A stretch of DNA of 64,000 nt from positions 64,001 to 128,000 of IMG/VR virus record IMGVR_UViG_3300036774_000066; one strand, 5' to 3'. A program made the translations under genes and the position numbers. A model generated the notes under the pieces. That model saw nothing but the letters and a program-made list of their open reading frames with translations, was not told where the DNA came from and ran no database searches. The stretch is from a virus. Shown here in pieces: positions 45,532 to 55,700 of this stretch; the stretch's first letter is position 1, and the number at the start of each line of letters is the position of its first letter.

Positions 45532-45880
45532 TCTTTTTCTTCTTTGCTATTCTCCTGTGATAAAAAAGAATCATAGCCCTCACGCACTTCTCCAACTCCG
45601 AAGGCTTTGTAGGGTATGCCAACTCAGCCACAGCACCCAAGTAAAACCTCTTCGCTATTGGTGTTGACAAAGAAGGAACATCCCTCACAACAACATACAC
45701 AATCCCGCTCAATCTTAAATAGATGTATCTCCAAACTGTAAACTTAGCATTAGAGATAAAAAGGTACTTGGTTTTAACCGACAAAATTCCCTTGACAGAC
45801 TCATACTCGTATCCACACTGCCCAAGCACGAGTGTCAAAATATCCGCAGATTCTTTATCAAGAAACACTGAAACTTTCAC
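45515..45880 (-). CDS. Degenerate receiver (CheY-like) domain protein
   Basis: GTG 45880 with AGGAG RBS; VFLD...L...L...GY, LGA..L.YP....EL...V.A; no phospho-Asp. Confidence 0.4.
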   Translation of the reverse strand: MKVSVFLDKESADILTLVLGQCGYEYESVKGILSVKTKYLFISNAKFTVWRYIYLRLSGIVYVVVRDVPSLSTPIAKRFYLGAVAELAYPTKPSELEKCVRAMILFYHRRIAKKKKNVGTK

Positions 45881-46745
45881 TCTTTTTTCTCCTTTTCTTA
45901 GGTTCTTCTTCTCTCGGAAGTGGCTCAACTCCTCTTCCCGCCCTCCCTGGATCACTTGCCGCATACGTTATCTTTTTCTCCGCGACGGAAGAAGAGGGTG
46001 GAGGTGGAATCTTCTTTTCAGGCTCAGGCTTCTTTACCGGGGGAGAAACAGAAGGGGCTGGCTGCGGCTTTACTGCTGGTTTTGACAAAACAGGCTGCGG
46101 CTTCGGTAAAACGTCTCTCACACCTGTAGTATTTCCCTCGTATCGAAGTGTATGAAACCCCACAGACCCTAAAAAATCAGCTATGTCAACATTCCCAACT
46201 GTTTCTCCTTGCAACCTCTCTCCGTTCTTGTAGTAATATCTACTGTAAACCGGAAACGCCTTGCCCTTCACAAACACCCATGTATATCTTCTACGCATCT
46301 GCCTATGCTCAATCAAGTTCGCAAAGAGATTAGGCAGACTATTGTTTACATGCTCATGGAACCCCGCATATATCGCAAGAAATTCATAACACGCCAAATC
46401 TGCTAACCCACGGCACGGCTCAATCTCAGGCGTACTTTGCACAAAAATCTTGATAATATCATCCGTCTCTATTTTCCTGAACGAGTTTGAAAATCCCGCC
46501 CTCGCCCAAAAATAAGCTGCTGCCCAATTCACAATTCGAGGGTCAGTCACATTGACATAGTAGACAATATCACGCGCAAGGTTCTCGTTCTTCAACTGTT
46601 CCGCTATCCTCGCATCCCCTGTAATCTCTCCAATAGCCAAATCAATCACCCTCTGCATTGAGTCATACTGAAAGCAACCACATGGCACCCAAAGCCCTTC
46701 TGCGTTCTTATAGTACCTGTTCCCATCACAAACACTACAAGCCAT
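45858..46745 (-). CDS. DnaC/IstB-like helicase loader candidate with Pro/Lys-rich tail
   Basis: N-terminal C..C.G...PC.C; LIEHR...R.TW; upstream of DnaB; Walker A not evident. Confidence 0.55.
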   Translation of the reverse strand: MACSVCDGNRYYKNAEGLWVPCGCFQYDSMQRVIDLAIGEITGDARIAEQLKNENLARDIVYYVNVTDPRIVNWAAAYFWARAGFSNSFRKIETDDIIKIFVQSTPEIEPCRGLADLACYEFLAIYAGFHEHVNNSLPNLFANLIEHRQMRRRYTWVFVKGKAFPVYSRYYYKNGERLQGETVGNVDIADFLGSVGFHTLRYEGNTTGVRDVLPKPQPVLSKPAVKPQPAPSVSPPVKKPEPEKKIPPPPSSSVAEKKITYAASDPGRAGRGVEPLPREEEPKKRRKKSESFSVS

Positions 46746-46766
46746 AAACCCTCCACACTCAATACG

Positions 46767-48305
46767 TCAAACTGCCCTTATTCCATCAGGCTGTTGTAAA
46801 ATAAACGCTCTGTCCTCCGCAGACATCTTGCCTATCTCTTTCTTCCTCCACAACAAATCCTTCCGCATCTTGACAATGTAGCCTTTAGAAACTTCAGCAC
46901 CAATCTCCGGCAAATTCGGGTTCTTTGAAACAACCTTCGTGATCTTGTCTGCGTTGTGCTCCAACATCAACCTCTTGTACGAGTCAATTGTTCCCTCTGC
47001 CACTATGATATACACTTCCATAAACTCATGCTCAGTGTTCATGCGCACCACACGCCCGACCACCTGTATAAACTCACCAATAGAAAATGTCAAGTTGAAA
47101 AAGATAACTGTATTCGATACCTGCAAGTTCAGACTTTCCCCGCCCGCGCCCGTCATAAGTATGATTGACCTCGGGGCAAACTCATTAACGATCTGCTCCC
47201 TCTTGGCAAGCGTCGTGCTTCCTGTGACTACATGCAAGTCTACTCCACAGAACCTACCTCCTATCAGGTACTTCAGCCTGTCAAGTGACTCCCTCAATGA
47301 AGAGTACACAATCACTGCCTTTCCTTCTGCCAACTTCTTCTCAATCAACTCCAAACACTTCGCTTCCTTAGATGTATACAAACAACTTGACTGAGTTGGA
47401 ATAGAAAAATCACTGCCCCTCAAACAAGTGTCCACGGCTATCTGTAAATCCGGCAACCTCGCCGCAAAATCCTTGTACGTCCCTCCCAAAATACCCATAG
47501 CTGCACGTAAATAGATCAGATTTTCCTGCCTTGACAAAACCACAGGCTCATAGCTAAACCGTACATCAAAATCCCTAAATCTTGACATAACATACGGCTT
47601 AATCAACTCCCGCAGGATTTCCAAGTTCCTGTATCCGACTATATCAAATATCGTCCGTAAACCTAACTTCCTCATCTTTCTAATAGTAAACTGCATCATA
47701 AACTGAGTCTTTGTTCCTAACACACCAGGAAACATGAAGTTGACCAACACGTATAGGTCTTCTATGTGATTCAGCAATGGCGTAGCCGTCAACCCCCAAC
47801 AAACTAAACTATGCTGCTTCAACACTTTACATAATCCATACCAAGTAATGCCCTTCTTCTTGTCATTCTCTCGGTAAAACTGACCCTTCTTGATTTTATG
47901 CATTTCGTCCAATACCAACACAACGCTCTGCCCTCTCAAGTATAGCTTCTCCAAGTAGAGTTTTGCATCCTCCAACTGATGATACGTGACTATCGTTATG
48001 TCCTCTTCCCCCGGTGTCAAAGGTGCATACTCCGTCATCGACCACTCAGGGCGACAAAGGAAATACTTGTAATGAGTCTCACCCTCAATCTCTTTCAACC
48101 AAGTAACCGTAGCTGACTTTGTACACACAACAAGTAAATGGAATTTTTTGTCAGGGTTCTTTCTGCGTAAAGCCTCAAAGGAAACCAAAGCCGCGTATGT
48201 CTTCCCCAAACCTGTCCCAAAAGCAAGTATATGATCGGACGGCTTCGACAAGACCTGTAAAGCCTCAACCTGTTCGGGAGCTAATAGCATGTCAAAGTGA
48301 CCCAT
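46767..48305 (-). CDS. SNF2-like superfamily 2 helicase
   Basis: GTGLGKT, DEMH, LTATP..N, GGESLNL, Q..GRV.R. Confidence 0.9.
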   Translation of the reverse strand: MGHFDMLLAPEQVEALQVLSKPSDHILAFGTGLGKTYAALVSFEALRRKNPDKKFHLLVVCTKSATVTWLKEIEGETHYKYFLCRPEWSMTEYAPLTPGEEDITIVTYHQLEDAKLYLEKLYLRGQSVVLVLDEMHKIKKGQFYRENDKKKGITWYGLCKVLKQHSLVCWGLTATPLLNHIEDLYVLVNFMFPGVLGTKTQFMMQFTIRKMRKLGLRTIFDIVGYRNLEILRELIKPYVMSRFRDFDVRFSYEPVVLSRQENLIYLRAAMGILGGTYKDFAARLPDLQIAVDTCLRGSDFSIPTQSSCLYTSKEAKCLELIEKKLAEGKAVIVYSSLRESLDRLKYLIGGRFCGVDLHVVTGSTTLAKREQIVNEFAPRSIILMTGAGGESLNLQVSNTVIFFNLTFSIGEFIQVVGRVVRMNTEHEFMEVYIIVAEGTIDSYKRLMLEHNADKITKVVSKNPNLPEIGAEVSKGYIVKMRKDLLWRKKEIGKMSAEDRAFILQQPDGIRAV

Positions 48306-48352
48306 TGCTTAATCCTACTCCTATCCTTAATCCAAATAGACTAATAACCCAC

Positions 48353-48393
48353 AAAATCAAACAGGAGAAGAAATTTCATTTCCCTCTCCTGTT
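48353..48393 (-). terminator. Possible terminator hairpin
   Basis: AACAGGAGA...TCTCCTGTT plus TGATTTT. Confidence 0.5.
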
Positions 48394-48515
48394 CTTTCTG
48401 AAACATTGGTATTTGTTATATGAGCAATGTCCTCTTCCCCTATTGGTTTTTATGCCGTAAGGTTCGGAGTCCAAGACTCTCAAAGTGTTAGAAAATGCAC
48501 GATGTTTGTCCTATT

Positions 48516-48899
48516 CTATCCGTTTCTCTTTTTACCTTCCCAACTCTTAAAACCCTTTATCTCATTATACGCTTTTTCCCAATTTCCCCGGAAGGTTATT
48601 CCCATATCGTCCAAATACACGTCAGCAAAAATTTTCCTTGAGTCATGAGTTTGATCTGGATTCTCGTTCACATGGTCATACGGTATTCTATTAGCGTCAA
48701 GGTACTTTTTCAACAACCCTTCTTCTTCTCTCGCTGTCCAAATAATAATCATCCACCCCTCATCGTGGAGTTTCTGAAGATACTCCGCAGCACCCTCAAT
48801 AGGAGAACCAAAGACACCCTTACCCTTATCTCCCTCAGAATAATCTGCAATAACTCCGTCAAAGTCAACTGCGAGAGTTTTTCTTCTTTTCTCTGCCAT
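48516..48899 (-). CDS. HAD-family phosphatase (cap-less)
   Basis: VDFDGVI, IWTAR, K..ADVYLDD. Confidence 0.85.
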   Translation of the reverse strand: MAEKRRKTLAVDFDGVIADYSEGDKGKGVFGSPIEGAAEYLQKLHDEGWMIIIWTAREEEGLLKKYLDANRIPYDHVNENPDQTHDSRKIFADVYLDDMGITFRGNWEKAYNEIKGFKSWEGKKRNG

Positions 48900-49533
48900 A
48901 CTGTTCTTCCTCTGCCTTGTCTAAAAACTTGTTTACATCTGGACTAAGCATCAACGGTAGAAACTTCTTTACTTTTGAGTCAGGCCAATTCCACCACTGT
49001 AAACGAAGGAATCTCTTGATAGTCTTTGAATCAAAACGCACCTTAATAACTTTAGCAGGATTTCCACCAACAACAGTGTAGGGAGGAACATCTTTTGTGA
49101 CAACAGAGTGAGTCGCTACACAAGCCCCATCCCCAACGGTAACTCCATGAAGAATCGTTGCGTCGTTCGCTATCCAAACATCATTTCCGATAACAACCGG
49201 ACCTTTCGACTTCGGGTGTCCTTTTATCCTCCACGCAGCCTCACAAAAAATGGTAAAGGGATACGTTGTAGCCCAATCCATTCTGTGATCTCCGTTAATG
49301 AAAATAACCGAATTGGCAATAGAACAATATGATCCTATTGTCAAGTTTCCTCCATACTCACGCCGCCCACAAACCTGCACCTGTCCAATATAAGTGTGTT
49401 TTCCAACAAAAACCCACGGATAAGTCTCAAGAAATCTCTGCGTCATCAAAGCAGAGCTATTTGTGATATATGTATTTACAGCACGAAGATACTGCTCCTC
49501 AGACATTCCTTCATGAAAGTCAACATCAGGCAT
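48865..49533 (-). CDS. CatB/Vat-like hexapeptide-repeat O-acetyltransferase
   Basis: IGSYCSIA, H...ATTYPF, KGPVVIGNDVWI, VTKDVPPY.VVGGNPA, WWNW. Confidence 0.9.
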   Translation of the reverse strand: MPDVDFHEGMSEEQYLRAVNTYITNSSALMTQRFLETYPWVFVGKHTYIGQVQVCGRREYGGNLTIGSYCSIANSVIFINGDHRMDWATTYPFTIFCEAAWRIKGHPKSKGPVVIGNDVWIANDATILHGVTVGDGACVATHSVVTKDVPPYTVVGGNPAKVIKVRFDSKTIKRFLRLQWWNWPDSKVKKFLPLMLSPDVNKFLDKAEEEQYGREKKKNSRS

Positions 49534-49972
49534 ATAGGCTCTCCAAAGAAATACCACAATAGGCACAAATCAAGCTAACCAAAATATCTTCTTTTTTCAA
49601 AACCCCATTTACAAGTAAAAGCAAGAGCAAATTCCGTAGCACAGAAACAGTTTCCCCAGATAACTCAGGGATATGCGTTGTACACTCCGAAAAAAGAACA
49701 TGCTTGCACTTGTAAACATTAGAACAAACTCTACATTTACTCTGAACAAACCTCTCATGAAAATCCCTACCATGCTTCTCAATCCATTGCAACCCGAAAT
49801 CATCTCCGGGGTCTTTATGTATCCTTTCCCCTTCCACCCACTTCTCAAGTTCCATCATGTGAGTTTCAGCGATTTGTTTCCTCTTGTAAACACTACTCCC
49901 CACTAATACCTGTAGATTTTTCTTAATCTCTCTACTCTTTTTTCTCCCAAGAAGCCAACGTAAAAAGTGCAT
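49526..49972 (-). CDS. Hypothetical protein
   Basis: KW.EGE...DPG....QWI..HG..F; Cys cluster. Confidence 0.55.
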   Translation of the reverse strand: MHFLRWLLGRKKSREIKKNLQVLVGSSVYKRKQIAETHMMELEKWVEGERIHKDPGDDFGLQWIEKHGRDFHERFVQSKCRVCSNVYKCKHVLFSECTTHIPELSGETVSVLRNLLLLLLVNGVLKKEDILVSLICAYCGISLESLYA

Positions 49973-49975
49973 AAA

Positions 49976-50941
49976 TCACCCCGCAATTGGCAATTTCACA
50001 GGCACATACTCCTTGTTTGAAAACGGTAGAAACCTCACAAAATCCCCTTTAACCTGACTTAGCTTGTACTGCTCAATAAAATCCCACGTACTGTTGCACC
50101 GATAAACAGGAAGACCTTCAATAAAGCGTGCCTTCATCAGACTAAAAAGAGAAATCATTGAATCTGGACTCTCTCGCAGCATCTCAACCCACTTCGCATC
50201 TTTCTTCTCATCCCCTCGATAGTCCGACTGCAAAAATCTCTCTGGACTACCAAACAAATTTGCGATCCTTGCCCCTAAACTCCTCGGGAAACGTGGATAA
50301 CCCGGCCCAAGGGAGTCACTACTATCCCCTCCACATACAGACCTAAAGAATGGCACGTTCTCAGGCTCACAACCCTTGAAAGTCTCCCTAACCTCTGGTA
50401 TCCCCCGTTCAATGAATTTACTTCCATCGCACTTATTCCATAAGACACACCTATCGTTTACACACTGCATCAAATCTTTATCATAGCCATAAATCAAAAT
50501 CTTACTTGCACTACCGGATAGTTTCTTAGACAAAGTATAAATAATATCATCACCCTCATACCCGTCATAGGCTGACAAATAAACATTAGGAAATAGTGAG
50601 GCTGACTGAATTATCTCAAACAGTTTCTTCCAAATATCCGGCCTATACTCTCTCTTGGATTTATACTCTGGATGTTCCTTCTTTCTGAGATTATTTCTTG
50701 AATCAAGACAAAGAATAATAGGAGAATCAGGACTTCTCCGTATCATCATAAGTAAACCCATCAAAAACCCATGAATATCCCCTGTGGAAGTCATTATTCC
50801 CGAATGGTCATCTATCACGCTAAAATCTGTGTACCCATAGAAAGACTTATGCAAAAGCCACGAGCTATCCACAAGGAAAATCTTGTTTACAAATCCATAA
50901 AGCGGACGCAACTCTGACTGTTCTGTGACATGCGCTTCCAT
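49976..50941 (-). CDS. 5'-3' exonuclease / flap endonuclease
   Basis: LVDSS, PEYK..R, YEGDDII, DKDLMQ, GDSSD. Confidence 0.9.
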   Translation of the reverse strand: MEAHVTEQSELRPLYGFVNKIFLVDSSWLLHKSFYGYTDFSVIDDHSGIMTSTGDIHGFLMGLLMMIRRSPDSPIILCLDSRNNLRKKEHPEYKSKREYRPDIWKKLFEIIQSASLFPNVYLSAYDGYEGDDIIYTLSKKLSGSASKILIYGYDKDLMQCVNDRCVLWNKCDGSKFIERGIPEVRETFKGCEPENVPFFRSVCGGDSSDSLGPGYPRFPRSLGARIANLFGSPERFLQSDYRGDEKKDAKWVEMLRESPDSMISLFSLMKARFIEGLPVYRCNSTWDFIEQYKLSQVKGDFVRFLPFSNKEYVPVKLPIAG

Positions 50942-50947
50942 GAGATA

Positions 50948-50969
50948 CTATACGTTTTCTCCTGAAAAA
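50948..50969 (-). promoter_or_regulatory. Putative phage-sigma promoter variant TTTT-N11-CGTATAG
   Basis: Motif variant; would give a near-leaderless mRNA. Confidence 0.4.
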
Positions 50970-50998
50970 AGAAACCCCGCAAGCAATCTCGCGGGGCC
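50965..50998 (-). terminator. Intrinsic terminator
   Basis: CCCCGCGAG-loop-CTTGCGGGG plus TTTCTTTTTT. Confidence 0.8.
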
Positions 50999-51016
50999 AC
51001 AATCCAAAAATACAAA

Positions 51017-51544
51017 TTAAGCTGAAATAGGTGGAGAATCTTGAGGAGACTCAGAAGAATCTTCTTTACTCTGCACCGGAAAAGGTAATTCCTTTTCAGA
51101 CTTTTCAGGATCACCTATGTAACCCTCCGTTGCCTTTCTCGTCTCCCTTCGTACAATATCCAACTTCTCCACAACACTGTCAATTGCCTTGACAATGCCA
51201 GGATTATCTATCTCTCCGCTCAAAATTGTATCCCCAACTTCTCCAACGATCAAGTCACACCCTGCATCGGAAAGAGCCTTGCACAGCATCTTAAATTCAA
51301 TGCTGAATCTCTCCTTCTCAGGATTATCCGTAGGATTATCGTTCTTAAAAAGCTGCTGTCGCAAAAAGACCTTCACAGCCTGACCAACAGCACAAGTAAA
51401 CCGCATCTCACCAATGACCTTCGTTCCCTCCGGCAAAACCGGAGCCTCCTGTGGAGAAGGCTGAAAAAACCGAATGCGATGAAACACAGTGTGCTTGGTG
51501 ACAGCACGCTCAAACTCAGAAAACTTCACATACGAATGAATCAT
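51017..51544 (-). CDS. Hypothetical protein (monocistronic)
   Basis: GGAGG RBS; own promoter motif and terminator. Confidence 0.65.
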   Translation of the reverse strand: MIHSYVKFSEFERAVTKHTVFHRIRFFQPSPQEAPVLPEGTKVIGEMRFTCAVGQAVKVFLRQQLFKNDNPTDNPEKERFSIEFKMLCKALSDAGCDLIVGEVGDTILSGEIDNPGIVKAIDSVVEKLDIVRRETRKATEGYIGDPEKSEKELPFPVQSKEDSSESPQDSPPISA

Positions 51545-51566
51545 GAAAATTCCTCCTGTTTCTTAC

Positions 51567-51588
51567 TAATACGACCAAAGCTAAAAAA
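51567..51588 (-). promoter_or_regulatory. Putative phage-sigma promoter TTTT-N11-CGTATTA
   Basis: Motif copy at structural/replication boundary. Confidence 0.6.
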
Positions 51589-51597
51589 TCACACAGA

Positions 51598-52764
51598 CTA
51601 CCCAATGGACTTTGTGAACCGCACAACGAAACTGGAAATAATTGTTGAATAAGTCGGCAAGTCCACATACTCATCACCAACCAATTGCAGTATCTTCAAT
51701 GACCCATCAGTCCGTACCAAGACAGCCCCGTTCACATACTGACTATTATTAACAAAAGCAAAGGGAAGAAGAACTTCCTGTGACGGCAGGTAGTCAGATG
51801 CAAGAAAAACGTCCGTATAAACCGGACCCGTAACAAGACCGCCAAATCCCTGAAATACCATTTCCACAACAACACCGTTAGTAGCAGGATTTGAGGTAAA
51901 CCTACTCACAAACACCTTCGGGTGTGTAGGAGAAATACCTCCAGAACATCCATTAACTGTTATACTATACAAGTGGGAAAGATCAGGAAGTAAAGGATCA
52001 AGCTCGTTATACAACTCGTCAAGGGACTGCTTAACTGTTCTTACCGTTGCTCCAGTAGCAACATTGTAAAACACCTCGTCAGCCATCACATCCCGCTTAG
52101 GAATATAAGGCAGCCCCTCGTAGCCTCCAATAGCAAAGCTACAATTTCCAGCTTCAAACAAAGTAAGAGAACCGCCAGACATTGTATATGGGGTAAACCC
52201 ACCACACTCAATTTTCAAAACCAACCGAGAAAAGTAGGCTGCGTCGGCACAAAGAGTAGAAACCCACAATCTATGTAAACGCCCGTCACCCGGATGCTTA
52301 TAGTCACCCCGAACATTGGCAAACTCCGTAAACGTACCACCTGTAGCATTGATAGACCCAATACGAATACGAACATTCGGTAAAGAAGTAGCAACATCGC
52401 ATGAAAAAGTAACCACCCTGTCCACACAAACATCTTTAGGAATAAACTGAAGTATAGTATGTGGAGAGGACACTAAACCTAAATCCAAAATATTCCCAAC
52501 AACAAACTTCACCCCTCCCCTAAAGGAGGACTGATCTATTGTAACAACTTCATGACTACTTATATCAAAAGTAGTAAATCCTGAATCAAGGTAACTATCC
52601 GCTATGTCAACCCACCACTTATCACAAAATTCCTGCGGATTAGCTACCACACGAGGAAAGGTATTAAGCCGATTAAGAAACTGCGGGTTATAGCACCGAC
52701 TCACCATGTTCTGTAACAAGGGGGAAAACCCGGCAACACTTCCCTCACTATTAGTCATATTCAT
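51598..52764 (-). CDS. Putative tail fibre / receptor-binding-associated protein
   Basis: Beta-rich; end of baseplate operon; C-terminal YLPS...G.V.V.TDG.L. Confidence 0.55.
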   Translation of the reverse strand: MNMTNSEGSVAGFSPLLQNMVSRCYNPQFLNRLNTFPRVVANPQEFCDKWWVDIADSYLDSGFTTFDISSHEVVTIDQSSFRGGVKFVVGNILDLGLVSSPHTILQFIPKDVCVDRVVTFSCDVATSLPNVRIRIGSINATGGTFTEFANVRGDYKHPGDGRLHRLWVSTLCADAAYFSRLVLKIECGGFTPYTMSGGSLTLFEAGNCSFAIGGYEGLPYIPKRDVMADEVFYNVATGATVRTVKQSLDELYNELDPLLPDLSHLYSITVNGCSGGISPTHPKVFVSRFTSNPATNGVVVEMVFQGFGGLVTGPVYTDVFLASDYLPSQEVLLPFAFVNNSQYVNGAVLVRTDGSLKILQLVGDEYVDLPTYSTIISSFVVRFTKSIG

Positions 52765-52793
52765 ACCTCTACTCCATTCGTGTAAATAATGAC

Positions 52794-55700
52794 TTATTTC
52801 ATCTTTGCCAAGTAACGTCCACAAGGAACCATTGCAGATAGAAAAGCATCACAAGAGTACGACCTATAGGTAGGTAAACTATCCCCAAAAGAAAGCATAA
52901 TTGCAATTTGTCCACCACTCATCTTAGAAACTGAGAACAAAGCAGCAAACACACTATCCCCAAACCCAAGGGGAAAGTAAGTCTCAAAGTCTACCGCTTC
53001 AGAGTGGATATGTTGACCAATAGCAGTATTATTTGATTCAAAAATACCTTGTTGAAGAACAAGATACTCAAAAGAGAAAGCAATAGCATGACGAATATCA
53101 TAGTTAAAATGACCTGAATAAAAATATTCCAGAAGAGAACCTCTGTCCTTGTACACATCACACGGCATTGCTCGCACAAACTGAACAGCACTCCCTAAAG
53201 AATACTCATGTGAAGGAAATGCTGCTGAAACCGCTCTTCCGTCAAAAGGAATAACAGCCCGTGCAATGTAGTTATGTAAAGGATGGTTAAACATTCCGTT
53301 AAGCTGGTCCAGCAGGTTTATTACGCCTCTCGATGGTATCACCCGCATATTCTTATACCCAGAGCCAAGAGTGGAAACTAACACAGGGTTCTCCGGTACG
53401 TAAACTACCTTACTCTCACTTACCCACGGACCACCTACCAAAGTAAAACAAGCACCTCCAGCATGGACTCTTGGTGCATACTCTGTATAAAAAACAAGAG
53501 TATCATCCGGCAAATTCCCTATGGCGTCATCATACCGAAGAGCATGGTCCATCGCACCACGACCCTGATACATCGCATTCTGTGATGTACCACTTCCGTT
53601 TCTATCAACCATTCCCAATACTATCTTACAAAGTAAAGAGGTCACTACGGTACTCGATCCAAAGTTACCCAGATAACTCTTAATACCATACGTCCTATAC
53701 ACCTTATCGTCCTTAAAGATATTACATATTGTCAAAAAATATGGATGATTAACAGTTTCATCAGAATTTTCAAGGTATGGACAAGCAGAATCAGGAATAT
53801 CCTTTCTCCAATACTGAGAGTAATGCAAATCTTCTGACCATCTTGGAATATCCGACATCATCCAGTATATTCCAGTAGTAGAAAATCCATAAAGAACTTT
53901 CAAGTGATCTTTTGGTCCATAACCCCTACTTCCATCATAATCCTCAGAAACGGTAAGCCAAACCTTGTATGTACCAAACCCACACTCTGCTTCCATAATC
54001 ACAGAAATCTCCGTAGGTAAATCACTGCCTGTCAATATATCCGTATCTGTAACAGGGGTCAGCGCAATGTTATCCCACACAACCCCATCAGCAGATTCCG
54101 CATACGTCACTATAGCGTCAGAATCGTTAATAAACCACATCTTAAACCGAGGTGTAGGAAGTGAAGTACCTGCACCCGTGTCAAACATCACACATGCTTT
54201 TATGATATTAGTTCCATGTCCAGTCAATCCAGTGCAAAGTGTAGGACCAGTCCAATTAACTCCGTCTGTTGACACATACATATTCAACTGGTGCAAAAGA
54301 TTAGTGGCAAAAAGATAATACTTCATTGTCACAACAGCAGCCTTTACAACAGATATACCATTCACGTTATTCATATCTCCACAATCAGGCAAACCTGCAC
54401 AAGGAACAGGGGAAGAAAAACTATTAAGGTCAGTTGACGAATACAGGTCAAATCCTCCTGTAGCAGTATTAGCAACCCAAACTTTGTACTTTCCGTCAGA
54501 ATCTCTCATACAACTACCGAAGGGGCGAAATTCTGACTGAGGAAGGGTAACAGGGGTAGTAGGATTTCCGTCAAGTGCAATTTGATCTGATATAAAAGCA
54601 AAGGTATGAATCCTTCTCGTTTGTTCATCAAAACCAAGAGGCTCATACTGGTTATATCCAAACGCCTCCATCAAAGGAGTCCCATTCGAGGTCATGCTGA
54701 AGTTTCTTGCCTTCCCCCAAACGGGAGTCCTGTCAAGAAAAGAAGACCCACGAGAAAACTTAATGTAAACCTCACCTACCATTCCATCATGTGAATGTAC
54801 TGAGTATCCTTCATAACTTCCAATATTTCCAGACTGCACATACCCTTGTATTGCTGCACCTGTCAAAGAAGTCCAAGACATATTTACAGTTGCGCCATTA
54901 CTCGCCCAACGAAATTTAGGAACCATACCAGTAAATACCACATGATCTCCAGCACCACCATTCCATGAAGGAAGCATCTGTAAATCAGCCTTCACCCAAT
55001 GCCCAATTTGGTTGTACTCAAAAAATCCAGTAGGAATACACAGATTACCCGGATCGTCAATATCGGAAATAAAACAAATTGCAGCCTGACTCTCCTCTGC
55101 GTCTGACCAAACTTGACGTATTCCATCAGGGGCAGCAGGTATGCCATTATTTGTAATAATTTTATACTTCAACTGTGTTCCAGCAAGAGTTGAATTGCGA
55201 ATACCCATACCCTCAAAATGCCTATTCCCATAAATATCCAACTGTGTAGAAACAACTCCATCAGGTAGGCTATATTGAGAATACCAGTTGGTACTTAATG
55301 ACCCTCCCATAAGTTTCTTCATCGTCTTTTGATAAACTTCTTCCCAATCAAAAGTCCCAAGAGTAACGGTATGCCGCATATCCATTACATCCCGCTCCGC
55401 AATAATAGGAAAGGAAAGAAGATCAGGACGTGAAGAACCTCCATTGATATTTGCTTCACTGAAGGCAGCTTGATTTCTCCGATGCACAAAACAAATAGGA
55501 ATACACCAAGCTAACCCGCCAACTCCCAAAGATGTATCCCCCGAAGCAGCAAATAAGCCATAGTCAGAAGAAACAATTACAAAGTTAGCGGTTGAAGAAT
55601 CAGAGCTTCTCTTTCCCTGTGCGAAAAGGGCAGCATTCGTCAATATATTCTTAGGAATAACAGAGTTAGTTGTGGAGTCCTCAAAATCAAGAGAGAAAAC

